A stretch of DNA of 64,000 bases, from assembly GCF_009914755.1 (NCBI RefSeq), contig NC_060926.1; one strand, 5' to 3'. The notes beneath the pieces are model-generated. The model was given only the letters and a program-made list of their open reading frames with translations. It ran no database searches and was not told where the DNA came from. Every line of letters begins with the position of its first letter. The stretch's first letter is position 1. A program made the position numbers and the translations under genes. This document shows positions 26,386-39,449 of this stretch, piece after piece. This DNA is from the human T2T-CHM13v2.0 reference genome, Homo sapiens.

Positions 26386-26577
26386 CAACCCTGTAAGCTC
26401 AAGATCATTACTCAAATTTTATACATAAAAAACCTGACAGTTAGGGTGGATAAATAATTAACCCCAATGTACACGCAGAGCCAGAATATAAAAGAAGGAT
26501 TCCCCAAGTTCAGGGTCTGGGCTCTTTGTACTAATCCATGCTGCCTCTATGAGCAGTAGAAAGCATAAAAGAACAGA
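26386..26577 (-). repeat. Inverted duplication, right arm (probable source copy, part of a longer MIR)
   Basis: Reverse complement of 25404-25595; MIR-like sequence continues leftward beyond the arm to about 26320. Confidence 0.97.
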
Positions 26578-28239
26578 GAATTTGTAAGTAAGCAAGCACT
26601 GCCTAATGGAACCTGGGTGGGCTGAGGTGTCTCTTACTGTCACACCAGGCGGCACTTGTTGCTGAGAGTCTCTTATCTTCAGAAGTCTGCTGGGCACCTG
26701 CTTGTCCTCAGATTCACCCCCCAGTCTCCCTGTAACACCACCCCAACTCATTTCATTTTCTACTGAGCTATTTGTTCCATCCTCACTGAAACATACTTCC
26801 AAAATTTGTGTCCCCAGAAAGCTACACTCCTAAGCCAAGAGAGACTTCTGCCTCTAATATGCAAAAGAGTTTCAGCCTCTCCCTCCCATGAAGTACTTTT
26901 TGAAATATTTGAGAAAGTTCAGCTTTTTCCTCCACTCTCACATCTTTCCTCATTTCTCCCCACAGTTCTTATCTATCAGAGATGATGCAGCAGGCTTGGC
27001 ACAGTGAGGACTAGACATCAGGAAGGGATGCTTCCCTGAGAGAACTACAACTTCTCCTTGGTTCTTTCTTTGAGTTGCAAATGAAACAACGCTTAATTGG
27101 CCTCCTGATTCTCAAAGGCAGAATGGATATTGTTTGTGGCTCATTTTCTCCATGCAGTTTTAACCAAATGTGCCTTCAAAGATATCACATAACTGAAAGA
27201 CAGAATTAAGCAATAATGGCAGAACCCTGGCAGCAAGTAGCCTCTGCTCATGTTTTCCATTGAAAAGCATATAGGATTACCTTATTGTTCCAGATATTAG
27301 CTTTCTGTACCCAGGACATACATATTTAAACAGCATAGCAAATGTGCTACATTACAAAGCACCTACAAGTCACCAAGGCCCAGAAAGCCTGTGTTATGCC
27401 AAGACCTAGAGACGTCCTTCCAAGATTCCTTCCCAGCTTAGAGGCCTTAGATTGTCTTCATGCTTCGGGTGGGCCAGTCAGCCTGAGTTTAATAGCAAAC
27501 ATTCTCAAATTTTTTCCTACCCTGTGTGTAACACAGCTTTCATTTAAATGTGGCATCTGCCAGCAAAGGAGCAAATTCCCAGCACCACCAGTGTGGCTTG
27601 CACGTGAAAACCCAGACAGGCTGCACTTAAGGTTTTCTCCAAACAACTGGGCTTAGGCTCCAGACTGTGCCCTTGCTTGCTCTGGAGAACGTTATCAACC
27701 CCGTGGTTCAGGGTTAAGGTTTGGGGTTGAGGTATTGTTAGTGTTTTCATCACTTGCGGAAATGTACAGTCTGACAATCCCCATGCCCGCAGATCAAAGG
27801 CAAAGGGAGGTGTTATCTGCTGCCAACTCTGCTGTGACTCTAAGCACATTTCTGATGCACTGACCTCCAGGTGAGCTGGGGTGGGAAAGAGTTCTCCAAC
27901 AGATGGCTGTCTGAGTGGGGGGTTTATATGGGATAGTCTTCTAAGAACAAAGTCTCTGTCTCTTCCTTTTGGGTAGCACCACCATGCCTAACCTTAGAAA
28001 TAGGGAGTGCTTTGGAAATGGTATTTGAATGGCATGGCGGGGAAGCATGCGGTTTGCAGAAAGACAAGTCTGGTGGAAGTGCGGTGTGCTGAATTACTAT
28101 GCCGGGTCTGCCACTTGTCTCCCTTCTGACTTGAGGTGAGACCCAAGCTCCAGTGACACTGACTACCCCCAACCCACCTCTGCACGGAGTCTGGCCTCTC
28201 CCATTTCTGTTTTCCACGTGCTGCCTCACTGATGGGGAT

Positions 28240-28540
28240 ATTTGGCTTTGTCTTCCCTGCAGGATAAACTGAGCCTTTGTGCTCAAGGCTCAGATTACAG
28301 GGCACCTCCTTTCTGATGTGACGAGCATATTTTTAACCCCCTTAGGAGAACAATTTGCCCCTCTTCTATGCCTCCATCATTTTTTTGCTGGCGTCTTGAC
28401 CACCAGGCACTGTTTATGTGCCTGTCACAGTCTAGATGTGTGGACCTCAGGGGTGACCTATTCACTCTGTGCCCCAGATGCCTATGATGGCACCTGGTGG
28501 GTAGAGCTGAATAGATGCTCGAGGAGTGAATGCATGCATG
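28240..28540 (+). mobile_element. L2 3' fragment
   Basis: TCAAGGCTCAG..CACCTCCT; TCTAGATGTG..CTCTGTGCCCCAGATGCCTA..GCACCTGG..TGAATGCATG. Confidence 0.6.
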
Positions 28541-29069
28541 CAAGAACAGGCAGCGGTGGAATAGAAAGGGGAGGAAGGGTTATCTGCATCCCCAGAGGGA
28601 AAGTATGTACTTTCGATGCAGAGTGCTTCTACAGGAGGAAATACCTCAGGTTCTCTGGTTGTTCCTGTCCTTTCCCACAGATACAGTTGCTGGAGGGGGC
28701 AACCTGTTCTCTCCGGTTATGAGCTTCCCTTCCTCTGAGTTTCATATGCTCTCCACTCAGTGCTTGTGGTTAGAGCTCTGTTCACCTCAACCTTTGTTAA
28801 AGCATGAAATTTTCTTCTATGAAATACTCTGTTCCCCCTCAAGTCCTGATGCCTGGCAACTTCTGATGGTCTCTAAGAGGCAACCTCTTTCCTCTTTGTC
28901 CTAGATACAATTATTGAACCACCCGGAATCCATGCAGCTATACCTATCCTTCCCTCTGGATCTTGGCCATGTGTTCTTTCTAGACTAAAGATCTGGGCAA
29001 GAGCTTGAGCTGGTTCCACAGTTACGGTGTCAATTTCGCCACTTCTGGTCTCCACTATAGTTTGAGGAG

Positions 29070-29420
29070 TGTTGTGCACGACACCAGCTGACAGAGAGAG
29101 GTTGACTGGACCCCGGGGTCTCTAGTCCAAGGAAGCCATGAGTTAATGGATTTTTACCAGTGAGAGACAGGACAGAAAAAAGCCAGTGGAAAAATTATTC
29201 TTCCTTCCCTTATCCTGCTTATTATTCTGAGAACAGGTAGTTAATATTTTCTCTCAAGATGATATGAGAAAAAGAACAATCATTCCTATTTATCACAAAA
29301 CTTGCCACATTGGTAGTGAGCCCTCTCATCTTTGTATTTGTTCTCTCCTGACTTCTCCTCTGTCCTGGCTCTCTGGGGTCACAATGGCCTCAGTCTCTGT
29401 TTCTGGGCAAACTGAGCTGA
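29070..29420 (+). mobile_element. Possible ancient ERVL LTR (LTR16-like)
   Basis: CCAGTGAGAGACAGGA..AAATTATTCTTCCTTCC..CCTCAGTCTCTGTTTCTGGG..ACTGAGCTGA resembles the LTR16 family; highly degraded. Confidence 0.35.
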
Positions 29421-29640
29421 TACCTCCCTTGCCAACTCAGATTAGATTGATCCCCCTTGTGTTCTTTCACTTTCCATACACTATTGCAATTATGTATTTA
29501 TGTGCCTCTGTCTCCCTCTGGATTACATATCTCTTGAAGTCAGAGACCACATTTTACTAAGTTTTAAATCTCTGGCACCTAGCACAGTGCCTGGCATAAA
29601 TTAGAACTCTGAAAATGGTAAATATTTGCCAGATGAATGA
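29420..29640 (+). mobile_element. L2 3' end
   Basis: CTGTCTCCCTCTGGATT..CTTGAAGTCAGAGACCA..GCACCTAGCACAGTGCCTGGCATA..AAATATTTG..TGAATGA. Confidence 0.8.
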
Positions 29641-31724
29641 TTATAAAAATTAAAAAGAGCTAGATTTCCTCTGGTCAGGGAGAGATTCCAACAGACCTGA
29701 AACCTATTTTAAATTGTTCTCCATTTCAATGTGTGGTCTCTTTTGGCTTTACCTAAATTGAGTCAGGAATGATGCTAGCAATTGTATCACACTGTAAGAT
29801 TATAAATACTATCCAGTAACTATAATAATGATTACTACAATATGCTGGGCACTGGTACGTTACCATGCTACATTAGATATTTCACATATATAATCTCATT
29901 ATTGCAGCAAATATATGGGTTGTTATTATATACTTGGGACTGCTTATAAATGTAGCTGGACAACTGGCCTTTACTGAAGACATTCTTGAGAGTACCTTAA
30001 AAGTTGTTTTGCTTATAATTTTTAAAAGGAGGTTTTCTTTAGTGGTTAACACTTCATCTGCCAATCAGTTTGTAAATGCCCAATGGCAGAACCACCTTAA
30101 AAAAGAAAACAATCACTTCCGCCTTAATTAACATAAATGGGACTTTACACTCTAACATTCTCCCTCCACTTTCTGCCCATATGAATGCATGAGTTACAGT
30201 TTGTCATGAGCACAGAACCTCAGAGCGAGGCACCTCAGTCACCACACATCTTCCTGGTTCCACTGAGACTGGTAATATAGAACAGAGGGATTTATAACCA
30301 GGGAATTGTGGACAATTATGAAAATCAACGTTGGGTTTACCCAGTTCTAAAATCCCTCAGAAATCATGTAAATACTTTTCATGTGCATCTTAAAGGTGCA
30401 ATTTTCTACAGTGAGGCTTACGTTGAATTCTCAAACATGTTAAGAATCACTGATTCTAAGTGAACCTCCAGCTTAGGGTAGGCTATGAAGAATGGAGACA
30501 GCTCTCTGCCTTGGAGTTTTCTGCTGTGCAGTTGAGTTTTGAATGTCCAGGGACTGTAGGAATAAACTTTCCTGATCACTGTCACTTTAGATACTTGAGT
30601 TGAAGCCGGGGCACAAAGGAGCTCATGGTATGTGCTTTTTTCCCTGAAAAGCTGTAAGAATCTATAGGACCCAGTCTTTACTCTCTGCATGTACTGCCCC
30701 TATTGTGGCTTTGTTGTCAGGATTTCATATTATGATGCAATCCAGTACAGCTTGTCCAAAACAATATTAGATTTATTCCATTTGTTAAAAGGAAGATATC
30801 ACTAGTATGTGGTCCTTTTGGAAGAATCTCAACACTTTGTTCTAGGCATGGGTTCAATCACCTGTTGCTAAGATACTGCAAAAAAATATTCATTTTTAAA
30901 TGTTTCCTTTTAATTAAATAAGCTGTTGCTTTGAAATATCAGTGAAAAGGTTGAATAGGTCTTTGAATCTTAGTTTTTTTTTCAACTGGCAGAGATATTT
31001 CTGAACATTTTAAATGGAGCAGCTGCTGTCCCAGTGGAACTTCTTGATGAGTTTAAAAGTGCACAAAATGGTGATATATGGTATATATATAACTGGATTG
31101 ATAAAAATAACTGAGAGACTCAGTTCGATCATTACATGTTGAAAATACAAGTCACAGTCATTGATTCTGCATCAAAAACATGAGGAAAATTTAGATACAG
31201 TCCCATAATAACAATTAGTAACCCTGGAAGCCAGAATCAAACTGTTTGGATTTCAGAATGGTAATACAAAGCATCTACATCCAGAAGGGTCTAAGCCAGC
31301 ACTTTGTAATCAAATGCATTAATATCTCTGTGACAGAACATTTTAGTCTTTAATATCGCACATTAATTCAGGTTTAACTCTGTGGACGAAACAGTTTGGT
31401 CAAACATAAGAAAACACTTAAGTTTTAAGATCATTTTAAATTTTTTTTGTATTGCAAATAAGTGATTTGGTGCCATAAAAATGAAGGAAAATCTAACAGT
31501 GCACATAATTTAGAATAATTTCAGGATGAATTTAGACTCCAAATGGCCTGGGCAGTAGCAAGTTTGGGTGCCTGGAGTCCCAGTGTTAGGAACTTTTAGG
31601 GAACAGATTGACCATTCACCCAAAGTCCATACTAGGCATGGTCAGCAGCGACCAGCAGGTAGGGACAGAGGTCCCAGACTATGAGTAGCCCTCGAAACGA
31701 TGGATAAGAATTCAGAGACATTGA

Positions 31725-32342
31725 GACAGTTCTAGATCTCTCCCAAATCCAAACATTTATCTTACTCTGCACTGCTATTGCACTAGTCCAGGCCAGATCT
31801 TTAAAAGCCTACAACATTGTCTAGGCTGGTCTCTGTACTTCATTCCAGTCTTTTTAAACTCAATTAGTCTTTGATATATTCCTCCATTGTGGCCACTCTA
31901 GAGTGCAAATCTAATCCTCTCCCCTGATGAAACATTTCAATGGTTTCTCATGATCTGTAAGGTAAGTCACTAGACAAAAGGGCCCTGTCATGTCCCAATC
32001 TTGTCTCTAACCCCCTACCTCTCATGTTAGGTAGCACCAGCACAGTTCCTTCTGGACCGTGCTGATCAGTGTCTCCGTCTTCGGATGCTTCCTCACCACT
32101 TGCTTCTCCATGTGGCCAGTTCCCACCTGCTCTGCAGTACTTGACATCACTTTACTTCTGTTCCAGACCCCAGGCTAAAACATTAGAATTGCCTATTCGT
32201 AGACTTTCCTCCATCATCTGACTGTAAGCTTCTTGAGATCACAAATCTATTTCTCATCTATCATATTACCTCTCAGTGTTTAGCACAGTGCTTGGAACAT
32301 AGTAAAAATTTATTGTTCAGTTCAGTAAAAATTTATTGAACT
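31725..32342 (+). mobile_element. L2 3' region
   Basis: CACTGCTATTGCACTAGTCCAGGCCA; GACTGTAAGCTTCTTGAG; TAGCACAGTGCTTGGAACATAGTA. Confidence 0.75.
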
Positions 32343-32889
32343 GCTGGTGGGATGTTGAGGCAGACAAAATGACGGAATCCAGGTAGTCAGAGAACACAAA
32401 GAAACATCACTTGGGAGCAAAACCATGAAAGATTCTCAATCCTGGGAGCGGCTATAGTCACAGACTCCCAGATGATTTGAACAAGGATGAGCATCCTATC
32501 TTGGAAGAGGTAGAAGGCTTATGACATAGTGAATGTACTACTCTGACACCAATAATATGGCCTGTCATTTCCTTTGCCCCTAAGGAAAGGGAAGCAGAGT
32601 GGGTTTAACCAAATGAAAGGGACTTACTTATGGTGAGTTTGGGTGGGTGGTGTGATAACTTTAGGAGAAGATTTTGGCAATAGACCCCCGTGTATCTATA
32701 AGAAAAAATTGTGTGGTGACTGGGGAAGATATGGTAAATTGACTTGTCATGATCCCTAAACTATGATCACTTTTGGTTAGCATTTCTTGCTACACTCACC
32801 CCCTTGTAGAGTAAGCTGGACTATCTCACATTGCAGTCATACCGTCATAATAGCTTAGGGATTTTAAGCAGAATGCACAGAAGTCCACT

Positions 32890-33100
32890 GTGATGGTATA
32901 GATGAAGCGCTTGCCCTGGGAACAAAAATCCATCCAAATCCTGGGTCTCAGATTTACTGTGCCCTTAGGAAATTAATTATCCATTCTATGCCTTCAGTTC
33001 TTCTCCTAAAGAGATATGATTACACTAACATTAAAAGGATGTGTTATTAAATAAAAAACTTGTGTGAAAGCATTTGTCAAGTAATAGACACTCAAATCTA
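32890..33100 (+). mobile_element. MIR
   Basis: CAAATCCTGGGTCTC..CCCTTAGGAAATTAATTA..GCCTTCAGTT..TGTGAAAGCATTT. Confidence 0.6.
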
Positions 33101-33399
33101 TGTGAATACCTTAGAACATTTTTGTTATCTGGATAATTGATATAATAAGAGATTAAAAAAATCATTCTATTATTAGCTAGATTTTTGATGTTATGGTAAG
33201 AAAATATGTTAGTTTAATCATTTCCAGAATCACTAGGTAAAGAATGACTTTATCCATCTGGAATGTAGCCCTAAAAATTTCTAAAAACTCTAACTTGATA
33301 TATATTTGTTAATAAACACCTTCATGCTATTATTGTTTTATTTATTTTTTACAAAGTACAATGCATTTAGACCCTCTGTGACCAGGAATAATGTGAAAT

Positions 33400-33990
33400 T
33401 AAATTCATTCAAAGTAACTTAACACAATTAATTATCAGAATAAAACCATCTAAATATAAGGCCTGCAAGAATTTACAGACAGTGAGTGAGCCAGGGACTT
33501 AAGGGATAATCATTAAATGGTAAGCACAGCATTGAGATTACAATTTAACAAGAAAATGAGGATGGGAAAGGTGGGGTAGAAAAGAGCAAATTCTCATCTA
33601 CCATGAAAGGAGGATGTGGGGATAACATCTAAGACAGACAAGTCAAGAGACCAATCATACATATGTTGTTTAAAAATGTGAGATAAATGCCTGAAGAAAT
33701 ATTTCCAAGGTTTGAAAGTAGTTATACCTAGGAGAGAGTGGACTATGAACTGAGGAAGGGTATATAGAGAACTGTAAATTATTACATACATACATACATA
33801 CATACATATGTCCATGTGTATATAATCCCTGTATATACAGTATATATAGTCACCATATATACTGTATGTAATCACTGTATATGTATATAAAACTGTATAT
33901 ACACACCCATATTTACATATATCTATATTTACCCATATAGATATATATACATAATATGCATTTTATACATGTTGACATTATATAATATTT
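33400..33990 (+). mobile_element. Old L1M 3' fragment followed by a (TACA)n/(TA)-rich low-complexity tract
   Basis: AAATTCTCATCTACCAT..TTGAAAGTAGTTATACCTAGG; TACATACATACA/TATA tract 33783-33990. Confidence 0.5.
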
Positions 33991-34507
33991 AAAATCACAG
34001 GATACTTTTTAAAAATTAATTTTTGTAATCCAAGTCTGTATGTTACGAGCAAGAGAAAATATTTAGGTATACATAAACATACAGAGCGCAGTGCCTTTGA
34101 TAACAAGGTTTCTGTTTAATACTATTGGATTTCTTGTCTGCCCCAGACATGTTCTATTGGCTCTTTCATTTGATTCTCTAATCATATGAAGTTGGTAATA
34201 TTATCTCCATCTTAAACAGGAGAAAACCCTCCCATTAAGTAATGGAGTATGAATTTAACTGAGGTCTGCTTGAAGACTCAGCCTATGCTCTTTGAAGGTC
34301 AGTTGAATAGAGCTAAGAGAAACAGGCCAAGATAGCAATACATTCTTTAGTAAATGAGGCAGTGATCATATGACCAAACTCAAAATATGCTTGAAATCCC
34401 AGCATATGGTTGCACATTGTGGCTTCAAACTCCATGCTCTTAATTCCTAAACTATCCTTTCTGTCTTCTGAAAGGACGTGTAGGACCTGATACTCCTAGT
34501 CATCTTG

Positions 34508-34658
34508 AAAATGTTGTCCTTGGTATTACATGTATCATAGAATTGACCATATAAGCATTTTTTGTAAGTATTATTGCTCTTAGAAATCTGTTAAGTAATT
34601 TCATATTTTTTAGCCATTACCTTACTTATGAATGTAAAGCTTTCAATCTTACATCTGT
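34508..34658 (+). repeat. Diverged local direct repeat, copy A
   Basis: Ungapped 151-bp alignment with 35491-35641, about 74% identity by eye. Confidence 0.85.
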
Positions 34659-34819
34659 TTTTACTTTGCAATCAGGAACTGTGACCGTGTCATTTGTAAA
34701 GCAGAAGTAAAAGATGTTCTATTGAAGAAAGAGGCTCTGGTTTCTTTATCTAGTATCAACATAAAACCAAGGAGGGTATCTATGTGACTGATCAGGTGTA
34801 CTGACCACAGAATCTGTGT

Positions 34820-34955
34820 CAGAGTCATTTGTTGATTCATTCATGAAGTGCTGTAGTTTTTGGATACCTAGTTTGAGCCTGGCACTCATCCAATTATGGG
34901 AAAGTCATTAAAGAATAAAATAAAGTCCCTGCCCTCTTGGAGCTTACAAGATAAA
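34820..34955 (-). mobile_element. L2 3' end
   Basis: CATTTGTTGATTCATTCA..GATACCTA..GCCTGGCACT..AAGTCCCTGCCCTCTTGGAGCTTACA. Confidence 0.75.
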
Positions 34956-35490
34956 TGATTTGGGTGGTCTAGTTCTTCTTTACAAACGTCTTTCACCCTT
35001 TTACAGAAGGCAGTTAAGTTGGTAGGGGAATGAGGCAGGATAATTAGAAATACCTGCTGGGGCCCAAAGTGGGGCCTGTGGTAGCAGATTCCATACATAT
35101 TCAGGAAGCTCACAGCTCAGTCTTTGGTAAAGTCACCTCTGGTGCCTAAAGACCTGAATTTCTAAGCAGGATGAGTGCATCTTCAATGAGTACTTTAACT
35201 GGTTATTATTCCCCAGTGCCTTTTTATTTGAAAGCCAGTGTCACATAGTGATATGTTTGGGGGCCAATATTCTTGGCTTTGAAATCCATCTATCTAGAGG
35301 TCCGGAGGCAGATTGTCTCAATTTTGTAATCTTAAAATGAAGGTAAAAATATATAACTTTCACAGTTAGAGGGGAGATATAATATACATGAAAAACAGAA
35401 ATCAGTGTCTGGCAGACAATAAGTGTGACATAAATGGTAGATAATATGCTTATGGTTGCTATCACAACTTGTCTCCAAACAAGACCAGTA

Positions 35491-35641
35491 AAAACATGGT
35501 CTTTGGTATTATGTGTATCATGGAATTGGCCATATAAGGGCTTTGGATAATTATGGTTGCTCTTAGCCACCTTTTAAGTCATTTTCTCATATGTAGCTAT
35601 TACCTTACTTAGAAATTTAAAGCTTTTGCTTCTCCCTCTGT
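35491..35641 (+). repeat. Diverged local direct repeat, copy B
   Basis: Shares TTGGTATTA, TGTATCAT, CCATATAAG, TTGCTCTTAG, ATTACCTTACTTA and TAAAGCTTT with copy A at a constant 983-bp offset. Confidence 0.85.
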
Positions 35642-36837
35642 CATCACTAACTAATTTCTTAGTCTGAGGGCTTGACACAAAATGAAAACGCTGCCATGCC
35701 TATTCTAGTCTTCATTTCTGCAGACGAAACATGTTCAAATCATCTGAATTTTTTAACGAAATAAAATAATAGTTATGTATATGGTAGAGTTAGTGAGTTT
35801 TAAAGCTTTACAGGACTTTAAACTCAAAACCATGTGTGTAGTAAGTAGCTGAAGCTGGTGAAGAAAAAAGATCCCCAGATTCCTACCCAGAGTTAAGTAG
35901 CAAAATGCACATGATAGTATCAAGGGGAAAATAAAAATATAAAAGCATATTTGGGTTGGATAATCAAGAATTGCTCTATCTAGTGGGTGCAACATTGTAA
36001 GCTTTGACTTGGGGGCCGATTTTGTTTTACCATTGTCAGATTCCGTGAAGTTCATGTTAGAGCAAGACACTGACATATGTCAAATGGGGACTTCCAAGCA
36101 TGGCCTTGCCACCAAAGGCAAACTTCTTAAAGATGTTTCAACTACACTCCTGCATCCGTCCCTGCCAATTACCAGAAGGCTGGTGCAGACTTCACTGGAG
36201 CTCAACTCAAAGTGCCATTTCCTCAGAACATGGTTAGTCTTACACCAATGGAAGCCCATGGGACAAAACTCGATGGCTAGAGAGAAATATGAGGTTCAGG
36301 ATCCTTCAACACAGCTTTTTGTATTCTCTACATTTTTAAATGCAGTTACCATTTTTCATTCTTGATGAGCTTAGTGGGAAATATTGAGTGCCGTGGTTCT
36401 CCTTGTCTGCTGGCCATATACTTTTCTGCACACTGGAGCCCTAGGGTACTGGGATGTGGGGACTATGGTGGCTCACTGCCTCGATATACAGGTACGACTT
36501 CTCAATTGGTTCTGAGGAGAAGGCAGGCAAAGCAAAACGTTAACGCTTTTGGAGCCTGGACAGGAAATCTTAGTGATCTGGGTTCCTTGCCTTTCCTTTT
36601 TCTAATCTGAAATACGCATAGATGATAAATTTATAATGAAGGGAGAACGGTCCTAGGCAGTGTCAAGGGATATAAAGAAGCATGATTTCTCCTTCATTTT
36701 CAGAATGCACTTGAGGCCTATACACATAAGTATTGATATAATTGACAACTAAGGTGGTAAATAATTCTTGAATATGATGCTGAACAAGTCTCCTCTTCCC
36801 AAATCACCTCAGGCAGTATAATTTAGGCACATGGTAT

Positions 36838-37500
36838 GAGTCAGGAATGTTTTATCCTGCAAGTAACAGAGTCTGTGAGCAGCAGGGGTTTACACCAAAA
36901 GGGGTTTATTTTTCTAATAAATCAAGAAGCCTGAGGTGGGTAACCACTGGCTTTAGTTCAGTGCTCTAATCTTGCAAGTGTCAACTTCTTTATGATTTTC
37001 CTGTCCCACAAAGACAAGGGTTAGGGTCTTGATTTTAAAAGAAATCAAGAAAGAGTGTGCATGATTTTGAGAAGACCCTCCTCTGCTGGGATGATGCTGG
37101 ACAAACAGCCAATTGAGGTATGGCAAAATTAATCGCCCTTGGAGGGACCTCCTATGCCATCTGCTGATGGATGTTGAATTTCAGACAACATGCTCCAACT
37201 CTCAGGTCTCCATCAGGGCTGCTGCACCCACAAACATCACATTTGTGCTTCAGGCTGGAAGAGGATGAAAGAGCAAAGGACCTGTGCCAACCAAGTCTTT
37301 CAAAATGACTGACTTTCCCTTTAGGCTCACTGGCTGAATGTGAATTGTATAAAAAGGCTTTGAAGGAAGGCTGGAAAACAAGGAAACAGGATTATCATAA
37401 TTGGTCAAAATTGATTATAACCCATCGCTTAAGGCTGGACACATCACTGCTCTGAAAAAATTTGGAGATCTGTTGTTAAAGAATAAGGGGGAGATGGGTG
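36838..37500 (-). mobile_element. Old MLT1 (MLT1K/L-like) MaLR LTR
   Basis: AGTCAGGAATGTTTT..TGCAAGTAACAGA..GGGTTTATTTTTCT; GGACACATCACTGC..TCTGTTGTTAAAGAATAAGGGGGAGATGG. Confidence 0.6.
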
Positions 37501-38976
37501 TTGTGCACTCAATGCCAATGGATGTCACATTTTTTGTGCATTCTTCTAGGTCATTTGTCTTAAGTAGTGGAATAGATACTTCATAAGATTATAATCAATT
37601 GCTTATGTATTTTTCTTTTCTAATAAACGAATAGATCCTGGAGGGCAGGAACTGTGTCTTATTTTCCTTTCTATCATAGAATTTTCCACAGGGCCTAGAA
37701 CATAAATGTTGCCTAATGTTCTATTGGATTGCATTAAATTAAGTACCTTGAGCAGAACATGTTGATTCTATAATTTTAGAATTACAGTACTAGAGTATCA
37801 CAGTTTAGAGGAGTGAGTGGCTACATTTGATTTGTAGTATTTAAAAGGCTTCCCTGAAGATGTAGGATTTAAAGTGCATCTTGAGGAATGGATAGGGTCC
37901 AAGTCTGATTTAGTTTCATAACAACCATAGCACCTAGCCTAGAACAATATTTTTCAATAATGAGCCTACAGTAATATTTGCTGGATTGAATCTAATTTGA
38001 GTAGAAGGGGAACCCAGGAGGGAACCTTTACAAGGAAAAGTTCATAGGTAGAGAATGCAAACAATCCCACTGCCTTTCCCCTTATCTCCTCACCTACAAT
38101 TCTGAGGTCATAAGTGTTATCTGATGTTCAAACCCCAGGTACTCCCAGGCTTTGGGTCTAAGTGGAACATATTTGTTTTCCACCTGCATACACTCAAATA
38201 TCTGGTGTTCATTGAATACTAATTTGAAGCATACAAATGACAGATTTGGAAAATATAAGAGCACCTACTTTTGGTCAAACAGAACTGAGCTAGAGTCCTT
38301 TGCTGAGAATGCCTTCTATCCAGAGGTTGAATGGATCTCTGCCTTTTAAGTCCTTGAGAAGATCCTCCACTCCCAGTGTGTGATGCCATTCTGGCTTCTG
38401 CCTTATTCACAGAGGTCATGTCAGCAGAGTTAAATTCACCATGGCATTCACAAAGATTCAGTTGGATCTATAGACCAATAATAGTTAATTATTGATTTGG
38501 AACCAAATGACAAAGAAAGCAAAGAAACTCTTAGGTGGTTAGTTTGCTTTATGTGAACATAAGTCCATAATCATCAAGGTTTTTTGACATTTAATAAGCA
38601 AAACTAAAACAAAAGAATTTATTTTTGAAATTTTTCTACTTCCAAAAACTTTCAATAACACTGAAATTCCTGACACATTTTTATCACAGTGATTCTCCTT
38701 TTGCTAGAACAGGGGGGATAGCATGGATAGAGAATTAAAGATGATCAAAGTAGTAGAAAGGCTGAGGCTAACACAGAAGAATATGGGCAACCCTCACCTC
38801 TAGCCAAAGAATCTTGGTCATGTCTAAGCAAGCTGTCTTTGTTGTACTTGCCAGTTAGGCCTCAGTAACTCTCAAGTGAGGCCCTGCTGTCATGCTAGAG
38901 CTGATGGTTTGGAAATCTATTTCTATAAAATATTACTACTCTGTTTATTCAACACGGTGTTCTAAAAACACATTTC

Positions 38977-39313
<337 letters not shown>

Positions 39314-39449
39314 TTATGTACCAAGCACTGCATTCCATATGAACGTTTGTTTGCTTTTGAAGCAAAGAGCTCTTAATAATTATTACATAAATGTGGCCTG
39401 GCAAAGTAAATGTCACTTCCTATCATAGTATATTATGCAATAGAGAGGA

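Noticed and set aside
27924-28904. Cluster of 82-147 aa ORFs and a strong acceptor at 28680
   Set aside because: Partly L2-derived, in a mildly GC-richer patch where stops are rarer; no protein family recognised and no matching donor identified
32301-32338. 15-bp direct repeat AGTAAAAATTTATTG
   Set aside because: Small slippage-type duplication in an L2 tail; common and uninformative
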